Shown one piece after another: positions 54,618 through 64,000 of a stretch of 64,000 bases of DNA. Origin of the DNA: Myxococcota bacterium. GTDB lineage: Bacteria; Myxococcota_A; UBA796; CAJQPC01. The stretch lies in contig JAYXVV010000150.1 in the NCBI GenBank assembly GCA_036021505.1, forward strand, positions 26,356 to 90,355, given 5' to 3'. The notes under the pieces are model-generated. The model saw only the letters and a program-made list of their open reading frames with translations. It was not told where the DNA came from and ran no database searches. The translations under genes were made by a program, and so were the position numbers. Position 1 is the first letter of the stretch; each line of letters starts with the position of its first letter.

Positions 54618-55745
54618 TTAATCGAACAACAAGGCTGCAGCTCGCTCCAGCGAACCCAGATCATGAACCTCGCCTTCTAAGCGAGGCACCTCGTAGAGTG
54701 TGTTGGTTTCGCCGTGCATCATAGACCGAATGTCATCAATCAGCTTGCGTTCAATGTGAGCATGTTGTCGAAGACGCCTGTGTGCAGCCCCCAGCCGGGC
54801 GAGTATACGTGCCGATGTTCCAGGTTCAAACTCAGCTTGAAGCGAACTCGCTGCCTCACCCAAAAGCGCATTGGGATCCAAGGCTTCGCCCTCACATGGC
54901 AGTACTTGATTGACGACAACACCTCCCCGAGACAAGCCTCGCTCCTGAAGTTCGTCATTGAAAAAACGGGCCACTTCCATCGAGGGTTCATTGGGAGCAC
55001 ACACCATCAAAAAAGACGTTGTGGGGGATCGGAGAAGAGTCGAAACCGCTTCATGTCGCTCACGGAACCCCTCGTACATCGGCTCAAAGTTTCGCAGAAA
55101 CTCTGTGAAGTCCTCCAGAAACTCACCCCCAAAGACAAAGGAAAGCAGGCGAAACACGACCGCTGAGGTGCCATAAACAACGCGGCCGAGAAACCGGCGG
55201 TCTTCTGGAGGAGCCAAGAACACACCAATCACTCTCGGATCCAAGAACTTGGAGAGGCGGGCACTGGCCTCCAAGAAATCAAGCGCATTCTTCGCAGGAG
55301 GAGTGTCCAGGACCACCAGTTCATACCGACCGGACTCTACTACGTCATAGAGTGCCTCTCCTGCCATGTACTCCTGGGAGCCTGAGAAATGAGCGGAGAG
55401 CGTCTGGTAGATTCGGTTGTCGAGTATCGCATTTCGGGTGTCGTCATCGGGTGCTGACCTCTGAATCAGGTCATCGAAAGTCGTCTTGGTATCCAGCATC
55501 ATCGCCCAGAGTTCGCCCTGGGATTCACCGATGTCGATCTGTGTTTCGACATTGCCAATGGAGTCCAGTCCCAAAGAGTTGGCAAGGCGACGAGCGGGAT
55601 CGATGGTCAACACCAGAACCTTGCGTCCCTCCCGTGCGGCACGGAGACCGATGGTTGCAGCCATGGTTGTCTTGCCGACACCGCCAGAGCCCACACAAAC
55701 GAGCAGTCTCTTGCTGGCAATCAACTCTCGGAGCGACGCGTTCAT
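54618..55745 (-). CDS. ArsA/Get3 family ATPase (second of pair)
   Basis: GSGGVGKTT, LTIDPARRLA, GSQEYMA, VLDTPP, ALDFL, VNQ. Confidence 0.9.
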   Translation of the reverse strand: MNASLRELIASKRLLVCVGSGGVGKTTMAATIGLRAAREGRKVLVLTIDPARRLANSLGLDSIGNVETQIDIGESQGELWAMMLDTKTTFDDLIQRSAPDDDTRNAILDNRIYQTLSAHFSGSQEYMAGEALYDVVESGRYELVVLDTPPAKNALDFLEASARLSKFLDPRVIGVFLAPPEDRRFLGRVVYGTSAVVFRLLSFVFGGEFLEDFTEFLRNFEPMYEGFRERHEAVSTLLRSPTTSFLMVCAPNEPSMEVARFFNDELQERGLSRGGVVVNQVLPCEGEALDPNALLGEAASSLQAEFEPGTSARILARLGAAHRRLRQHAHIERKLIDDIRSMMHGETNTLYEVPRLEGEVHDLGSLERAAALLFD

Positions 55746-56671
55746 GAGCCCGTCCTTGCTGAGGAGGCACGAACAAGAGCTGCAGCGATTTGGTGCACGA
55801 GCTGCTGTGGTCCACCATCGTGGGAGAGGCGTGGAATTTGAATGACGCGTGCCTGAAGCCGCTGAGTCAATCGCTCCTCCGCTTCTGCAGTGGCCTCTTC
55901 AAGTTGAGATTCCCATCGACCCGCCCACAGCAATTCCTCCGCACCGGGTGATTTCACTCCATCGGAAAGCGCTGCCAAAAATCCGTGTTCCTCCTCCGTC
56001 AACGAGGGGACACTGCTTCGGTTCAGCAGGATCGTGTCCATCGAAAGCCCCGGAACTTTTTCGCGTATGGCCTCAAAGGTCTCGATGGTCTCATTGACAA
56101 CCATGTCCTCGGGAAGCCCCACCAAGACCAGATGGGACTGACTGTCCTGCAACATGGCCAGAGCGGTTTCTCCTTCTTTTCGAATGGGCCCCGAGGGGAA
56201 CAATCCCACCATGGTGTTGGGCACCTCCAGCATGGCAAGCGCATGTCCACTGGCCGCCAGATCCACCACCACGAGATCGAAATCCTCCATCAACCAACCA
56301 ATCTTGGACAAGGCAATGGTCTCCCGGTTTCCAGGTGCGACCTCAAGGAATGACTGAATCAAGGGATTCCCAAGCACCAAACGGACCACGCGTCCCCCAG
56401 GGAGAACCCGGCTGACCCACTCCGAAAGATTCTGCAACCAGTGCAGATTCGCCACGTAAAGATTGGGGGCCACCTCCATGGGCTTGTAGCCAGGCTCCAC
56501 ACCGTAGATGGCCTTCATCGCCGGGTTCTGTGCATCGATCTCAAGAACCAGCGTTTTCCGGCCCTGAGCTGCTGCAAGCCGACCCAAGGCGGCCGACACC
56601 GAGGATTTACCGGTCCCACCTTTGCCGGTCACCATCACGAGGCGACCATAAATCAGGTCTACAAAGGCCAC
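55742..56671 (-). CDS. ArsA/Get3 family ATPase (first of pair)
   Basis: TGKGGTGKS, APGNRE, VDLAASGH, LPEDMVVNET, LNR. Confidence 0.85.
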   Translation of the reverse strand: MAFVDLIYGRLVMVTGKGGTGKSSVSAALGRLAAAQGRKTLVLEIDAQNPAMKAIYGVEPGYKPMEVAPNLYVANLHWLQNLSEWVSRVLPGGRVVRLVLGNPLIQSFLEVAPGNRETIALSKIGWLMEDFDLVVVDLAASGHALAMLEVPNTMVGLFPSGPIRKEGETALAMLQDSQSHLVLVGLPEDMVVNETIETFEAIREKVPGLSMDTILLNRSSVPSLTEEEHGFLAALSDGVKSPGAEELLWAGRWESQLEEATAEAEERLTQRLQARVIQIPRLSHDGGPQQLVHQIAAALVRASSARTGS

Positions 56672-56708
56672 TTCATCGCTCCAATCCGATTCGCGCGGCT
56701 TGGAACAC

Positions 56709-59153
<2,445 letters not shown>

Positions 59154-59192
59154 CTATCCCCTAACGCTGAATGGCCGTCTACGCACGTTCTT

Positions 59193-60281
59193 TCAATCGG
59201 GGATTACTGAGCCCTTATCCACCCGAAATTGCTTGGTTTTTTTTGAAAATGATTCGAGGATGGAGAGGCTCGTTGTGCTGATGAAGACCTGGAGGTCCTT
59301 GGACTCTAAAATTTCGAGCAATTTTCCCCTTCGTTTTGCATCCAACTCACTCGAAAGATCATCCAGCAGAAAAAGTGGATTCACACCGTTGCGGCAGGCA
59401 ATTTCCAATTCGGAAAGCTTCAGTGAAATCACCAAGGCTCGCGCCTGTCCTTGTGAGGCGAAATTGCGTGCATTTTTCTGCGAGAGTTGAATCACCAAAT
59501 CATCGCGTTGTGGACCCACAAGATTGCTTCCTCGATGACGTTCCTCTTCCCGACGCTGGTGCATCAGCTGCAGATAATTTTCAGCCTGGTCTGATTCTGA
59601 ACCCTCGCCCAAGCTGCTCCGATAGCGAATGCTGACGTCACTTTGGCCTGTAAGCTGTGTGTGAAGCTCTCTGAAGGGGACGACCAAGGCCTCTACAAAC
59701 CTGGCTCTTCTCGTTGAAACACGGGCGCCAGAGAGAGCAAGCTGCTCTTCCAGAACCTCCATTTGAGGCATTGTGAATGCCGGGCTTCGGAGCAGGGCTG
59801 CCCTCTGGGCCAGAAGGCGTTTAAATTCGCGAAAGTAATCCAAGTAGATGGCCTGCGAATTGAAACACCCTCGATCCAGAAAATTTCGGCGTTGATCCGG
59901 TGAACCACGAACCAATTCCACATGCTCTGGAGCAAACACAACAGCTCGAATGGACTCAAAGTAGTCCAGCAACTGCTTGGGCGATTTTCCGTCCACCCGA
60001 GCCTTGCGGCCCTCTTTGCTGAGGCTGACTGCAAGGTCACGCCGATGCCCCTCCTCGAGAATCTTTCCATCGATTCGTGCCTGGGTGCTTCCCCACTGGA
60101 TTTGGTCCATGACCCGATGGGTTCGAAACGATTTGAGGGTCGCTAAGGTTCCAATGGCCTCGATTAGATTTGTTTTGCCTTGGCCGTTGTCGCCATGAAA
60201 CACCACGAAACGAGCGTCCGTCTCAATTTCGAGGTCTTCTAAGTTCCGGAACTGTGAGACACGGAGAGATTCGAGTTTCAC
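59193..60281 (-). CDS. recF: DNA replication/repair protein RecF
   Basis: FRN, GDNGQGKTNL, SFR, RRNFLD, GPQRDDL, SQGQ, LLDDLSSELD; between dnaN and gyrB. Confidence 0.95.
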   Translation of the reverse strand: MKLESLRVSQFRNLEDLEIETDARFVVFHGDNGQGKTNLIEAIGTLATLKSFRTHRVMDQIQWGSTQARIDGKILEEGHRRDLAVSLSKEGRKARVDGKSPKQLLDYFESIRAVVFAPEHVELVRGSPDQRRNFLDRGCFNSQAIYLDYFREFKRLLAQRAALLRSPAFTMPQMEVLEEQLALSGARVSTRRARFVEALVVPFRELHTQLTGQSDVSIRYRSSLGEGSESDQAENYLQLMHQRREEERHRGSNLVGPQRDDLVIQLSQKNARNFASQGQARALVISLKLSELEIACRNGVNPLFLLDDLSSELDAKRRGKLLEILESKDLQVFISTTSLSILESFSKKTKQFRVDKGSVIPD

Positions 60282-60295
60282 GAATACTCAGTCAA

Positions 60296-61411
60296 TCAAT
60301 CCAGCCGCATGGGCATGATGACGAAAACCGCATCCGTGTCATCGGGTGCTCGGACAATCGCTGGCGAGAGAGAATCGCCGAGCTCCACAACAATCTGGTC
60401 GCTGTTGATCACCGTCAAGACGTCCAGAAAATACCGTGCGTTGAAGCCCAGCTCGAGGTCTCCGCCGTCCAACTCGAGCGGCAAGTCTTCACGCGACTCA
60501 CCAATGTCCACATTTTGGGTGGAGACAGTCAGCGCTGTCTCTGCAAACCCAAATCGCACGGGCCTTGTCCTGTCGGCCGCAAGCAGACCCACGCGTTTCA
60601 GAGCGTCGACAAGAACATCCTTTTCGATTCGTGCCTGGCGCTGAAAACTCGTGGGAACCACCTGACGGTAATCCGGGAATTCTCCATCAATCAAACGGAA
60701 GAAGAAACGTGCCGTTGGGAGCGTCACAAGAGCCCCATTTTCTCCGAAAGAAACACGAACCTCGCTGTCCGAGGAGTCGCACAACTTCTTGAGTTCAGCG
60801 AGGGCTTTTCTCGGAAGGAGCATGCGCGACGGCATCGAGAACTCACCTTCAAAATCCACCGAGGCGTAGCTCAGACGATGGCCATCGGTTGCAACCATGC
60901 GAAGCTTTGAACCTTCCTCACCATCCACAACCTCCAGATGTGCACCATTGATGCCGTAGCGGTTGTCTTCACCAGCGATGGCAAAGGAGCACCGTTCAAT
61001 CATCCAGCGCAGGTCCTTGGCTTTGAGTGAGATTCCACCTGTCTCATCAAAGTGTGTGATGGGCGGGTAGTCCTCCGCAGGGCGCCCATGCACCTTGAAC
61101 CAAGCCTTGCCGGAACTGACCTCCATGCGCTGCTGGTTTCCAAGCTTCAGATGAACCGTGTTGTCTGGAAGACTTCGGGAGATCTGGAACAGATGTGTTC
61201 CATCCACTGAGGTGGCTCCAGGCACAACCACATTGGCGGCGAGCTCACCAATGTAGGTGACCTCGGTGTTGGTGGCAGTCAGCGTGAGAACATTTTCCTT
61301 TGCTGCCAGGAGCACATTCGAAAGAATCTGATTGGTGGATTTTCGCTCCACGATTCCTTGAACGTGATTCAAGCCTTGGATGAGTTCTTCGCGGTCGATG
61401 TACAGCTCCAT
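60296..61411 (-). CDS. dnaN: DNA polymerase III beta sliding clamp
   Basis: ILSNVLL, VATDGHRL, LPRKAL, LIDGEFPDY, GFNARY, VIMPMR. Confidence 0.97.
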   Translation of the reverse strand: MELYIDREELIQGLNHVQGIVERKSTNQILSNVLLAAKENVLTLTATNTEVTYIGELAANVVVPGATSVDGTHLFQISRSLPDNTVHLKLGNQQRMEVSSGKAWFKVHGRPAEDYPPITHFDETGGISLKAKDLRWMIERCSFAIAGEDNRYGINGAHLEVVDGEEGSKLRMVATDGHRLSYASVDFEGEFSMPSRMLLPRKALAELKKLCDSSDSEVRVSFGENGALVTLPTARFFFRLIDGEFPDYRQVVPTSFQRQARIEKDVLVDALKRVGLLAADRTRPVRFGFAETALTVSTQNVDIGESREDLPLELDGGDLELGFNARYFLDVLTVINSDQIVVELGDSLSPAIVRAPDDTDAVFVIMPMRLD

Positions 61412-61694
61412 GGGAGCCTCGCACTTGTTAGAGATGATTGGATTTAAGAATGAATTTAGATCTAGATCGTTGTCGATCTCTAGGTCCTATGATTTTGTGG
61501 AAAGACTCTGAAAAACATAGTCTTTATAGGTCCTTAGAGGTGTTTGGATCGGGGGATAAGATCGCTAGAGTTCCTGTTGAACAGGGCCTAGTAGCTTGAT
61601 GGTTTTGATCCAGGCCTGAAGGTATAACCAACTCTTCATCAACTCGTTCCACAGAGCTATGCGTTGGATCTCCACAGAGTTTTCCCCAAGTCAT
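61412..61694. other. Probable replication origin oriC (dnaA-dnaN intergenic region)
   Basis: Markedly AT-rich relative to the window; degenerate DnaA boxes TGTGGAAAG (61496), GGGGGATAA (61551), CGTTCCACA (61645), ATCTCCACA (61668), TTTTCCCCA (61680); AT-rich DUE-like tract near dnaN. Confidence 0.75.
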
Positions 61695-63077
61695 TTAGGC
61701 TCCCAAATTCCGTTCGAGGGTGTTGAGAGTGTGGCGGAGATCCGGGTCTTTTTCGATCTGCTGGCGGATCTTTTTGCAGGCGTACTGCACCGTGGAATTG
61801 TCTCTGTTGAAGGAACGGCCGAGGTCTGGGAAGGAGAGATTGGTGTGCTTTCGTGCAAGGTACATGGCAATCTGACGGGGAAATGCAATTCCTTTGACCT
61901 TGCGCGTACCCTTGAGGTCTACGATTCGGATGGCGTAGAGTCGAGCCACGGCCTGCATCACCTTTTCAGGCGTAATGGACTCCACTTCTTCCGCATACAG
62001 GTTGCCGAGATGTTTCTGGGCAAACTCAATGTCCAGCGGTGCAGAGAAGAACGACGAGAGTGCCGCCAGGCGGTTGAGAGCGCCTTCGAGCTCACGAATG
62101 TTGCCGCGAACTCGAGAGGCAATCCAATTTTGAAGATCTTCAGGCAAGCGAATCGCACATTCGTCGCATTTGTGGCGGAGGATCGCCAACATGGTCTCTA
62201 AATCAGGAGGCTGAATATCAGCAAGCAGACCCCCTTCAAACCGAGTTCGAAGCCGTGGTTCAAGCTTGTCGATCTCTCGAGGAAGGACATCGGCAGTGAT
62301 GACGATCTGGCGTCCGGAGGTCTGGAGGTCCTGGAACGTGTGGAAAAACTCTTCCTGGGATCGATCTTTTCCGGAGAGAAATTGAATGTCATCAATCAGG
62401 AGAACATCAACCTGCGATCGATATCGGCCCCGGAACTCGTCCATTTTCTTGAAACGAATCGCATTGATCATCTCGTTCACAAAAGATTCAGCGGTGGTGT
62501 AGAGCACCCGACTGTCTCGCTCCCTTTTCAAGATCTGGTTGGCGATGGCCTGGGTCAGGTGGGTTTTCCCGAGACCGGTACAACCGTAGATGAACAGAGG
62601 ATTGTAGTTCTGTCCGGGAAATTCACTCACTGCCAAGGATGCCGCATGCGCGAATTGATTGCAGGAACCCACAACGAAGCTCTCGAAGTTTTTCTGAGGG
62701 TTCAATTGCCTGGAGTGAAGTCCAGGAATGTTCTTTCGCTGGGAGTTGCGCCCCTCAGATTTCTCAGGGTCGGATGACCCTTTGGGCGGTGAGGTGGTCG
62801 AGGCGTTTGTGGAATCGGAAATGCGGAAGCTTAGGCGTTCTATGGGACCACAGGAAGCGTTGTTTTTCGCGCACTGTTCGGTGAGGACCTCGAGAATGTC
62901 ATCCTTGTGGTTGTCGCGAACCCAATCGGAGTAGTACCGGTTGGGAACCTCCAACTCAACGGTGCCGTCCTTGATCGAGAGAAGTCGGAGGGGCTCAATC
63001 CAGATTTCAAAGGCTTGCTTGCCAACGCGACGCTCAAGAGTTTGAAGGACCGGATCCCACAGCTTGGCCAATTCCAT
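61695..63077 (-). CDS. dnaA: Chromosomal replication initiator DnaA
   Basis: FESFVVGSCN, YNPLFIYGCTGLGKTHL, LLIDDIQF, QEEFFHTF, RLRTRFEGGL, NIRELEGAL, PRQIAMYL, RDNSTV. Confidence 0.98.
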   Translation of the reverse strand: MELAKLWDPVLQTLERRVGKQAFEIWIEPLRLLSIKDGTVELEVPNRYYSDWVRDNHKDDILEVLTEQCAKNNASCGPIERLSFRISDSTNASTTSPPKGSSDPEKSEGRNSQRKNIPGLHSRQLNPQKNFESFVVGSCNQFAHAASLAVSEFPGQNYNPLFIYGCTGLGKTHLTQAIANQILKRERDSRVLYTTAESFVNEMINAIRFKKMDEFRGRYRSQVDVLLIDDIQFLSGKDRSQEEFFHTFQDLQTSGRQIVITADVLPREIDKLEPRLRTRFEGGLLADIQPPDLETMLAILRHKCDECAIRLPEDLQNWIASRVRGNIRELEGALNRLAALSSFFSAPLDIEFAQKHLGNLYAEEVESITPEKVMQAVARLYAIRIVDLKGTRKVKGIAFPRQIAMYLARKHTNLSFPDLGRSFNRDNSTVQYACKKIRQQIEKDPDLRHTLNTLERNLGA

Positions 63078-63213
63078 GAGCGAAGTACCCTCTTACAGGC
63101 CCGGTTTGGGCTGTATGAACAGGAGAAATACAAGGATGAACGGACGGGCTCCACCAAGGCAGGAAACCCTGCTGAAACCATTGAGGCCTGAATACTAAGC
63201 CTAAAATCTGGAG

Positions 63214-63256
63214 TTATCAACAGGTGGATTTGCTCTCAGGTGATCGATTTTCCTCA
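63214..63256. promoter_or_regulatory. DnaA-box-like sites upstream of dnaA
   Basis: TTATCAACA (63214-63222) and TTTTCCTCA (63248-63256), each one mismatch from TTWTNCACA. Confidence 0.5.
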
Positions 63257-63267
63257 ACTTTTGAGCA

Positions 63268-63296
63268 TTGACCCAGAGGAGATTTTCAGATACATG
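63268..63296 (+). promoter_or_regulatory. Sigma70-like promoter for rpmH-rnpA-yidD
   Basis: TTGACC-N17-TACATG, about 90 nt upstream of rpmH. Confidence 0.4.
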
Positions 63297-63385
63297 TCGG
63301 GACCGCCGGGGGCCTGGACCTCTCGGTACCCTTTTTATCGGGGCATTTCACGCCTCCATCGGGCACTCTCCTGCAGGAGTCCATC

Positions 63386-63541
63386 ATGAAGCGGACCTAT
63401 CAACCAAGTCAGATCAAGCGCAAACGCAGCCACGGGTTTCGAGCTCGCATGGCCACTCCAGGCGGCCGAAAGGTCATCAATGCTCGGCGAGCAAAAGGCC
63501 GTAAGCGCCTGGTGGTGAAGGTTGCCAGCAAGCGGGCCTAA
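63386..63541 (+). CDS. rpmH: 50S ribosomal protein L34
   Basis: [42 protein letters not shown]; AGGAG SD; below the ORF-track length cutoff. Confidence 0.97.
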   Translation: MKRTYQPSQIKRKRSHGFRARMATPGGRKVINARRAKGRKRLVVKVASKRA

Positions 63542-63899
63542 GCCCCACCAACCCAACCGTTTTCCGAAGTCAATCCGGATCCGCAGTCGGCGGGACTATG
63601 TACGGGTGCAGAAACATGGCGCACGTGCACCCTCCAAGCGGTGTCTGGTTCTGTACCGAGAGGGGCTTGAGGCTCACCCTCGATTCGGCATCACGGTCAG
63701 CAAAAAAGTCGGAAATGCTGTGACGCGAAACCGCGTAAAGCGCCTGCTGCGAGAGGCCATTCGGCACCATCACCATGTGGTTCAACGCCCACTGGATGTG
63801 GTGTTCATCGCCTCGCCAAAAGCGGCCAAATCGAGCGCAACAGAGCTGTCCAGCGATGTTGCCGCCACCATGGCGTATTTGGCGTCACGTGATCAATGA
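63522..63899 (+). CDS. rnpA: Ribonuclease P protein component
   Basis: [37 protein letters not shown] start overlaps rpmH; exact start uncertain. Confidence 0.95.
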   Translation: MPASGPKPHQPNRFPKSIRIRSRRDYVRVQKHGARAPSKRCLVLYREGLEAHPRFGITVSKKVGNAVTRNRVKRLLREAIRHHHHVVQRPLDVVFIASPKAAKSSATELSSDVAATMAYLASRDQ

Positions 63900-64000
63900 A
63901 ATGGTTGCTTTTGCGTCTGGTCCAATTCTATCGGCGGTGCATTTCACCGCTTCTTCCAGCTTCGTGCCGATTTTATCCAACCTGTTCCGCTTATGCTCAG
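63896..64000 (+). CDS. yidD: Membrane protein insertion efficiency factor YidD (5' part, truncated by the window edge)
   Basis: [35 protein letters not shown]; ATGA overlap with rnpA. Confidence 0.92.
   Translation, partial: MKWLLLRLVQFYRRCISPLLPASCRFYPTCSAYAQ

Noticed and set aside
54618-56671. Arsenic resistance operon
   Set aside because: No arsB/acr3/arsC/arsR nearby; architecture matches Get3-like pairs.
63268-63504. 78-aa ORF upstream of rnpA
   Set aside because: Overlaps the true rpmH in another frame; its TTG start is the -35-like element.

Overview
Chromosomal replication-origin region of a GC-rich bacterium. Gene content and arrangement point to a Myxococcota/deltaproteobacterial lineage (split atpIBE, spdEFG1-type fusA, GYF_2/zinc-ribbon TPR proteins, ArsA pair). 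The right end carries yidD-rnpA-rpmH, divergent from dnaA-[oriC]-dnaN-recF-gyrB; gyrA follows after five inserted genes. The rest mixes housekeeping genes (fusA, glmU, pcrA/uvrD, gatCA, atpIBE, M3 peptidase) with many lipoprotein and envelope genes. Main finds: (1) a hidden lipoprotein selenoprotein at 29748-30434, split in two by the ORF track, with an in-frame TGA in a thioredoxin/peroxiredoxin-like U-G-Y-C motif, a SECIS-like hairpin, and a convergent di-heme peroxidase; (2) a ColD/ColC-like (GDP-colitose-type) sugar operon with a polyprenyl-phosphate glycosyltransferase-like GT2, three dispersed GT-C-like membrane paralogs, and lipoproteins with D-T-G-rich linkers, together suggesting an undescribed lipid-linked surface/protein glycosylation system; (3) a KaiC-like ATPase-SLOG-like fusion behind fusA; (4) a fused 4-hydroxybenzoyl-CoA-reductase-like molybdoenzyme; (5) genes missed or truncated by the ORF track (51-aa membrane protein, rpmH, yidD, partial FGE gene, probable CTG-start acyltransferase). 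No rRNA, tRNA, CRISPR array or mobile element was recognised. All family calls come from motif recognition by eye, not database searches.
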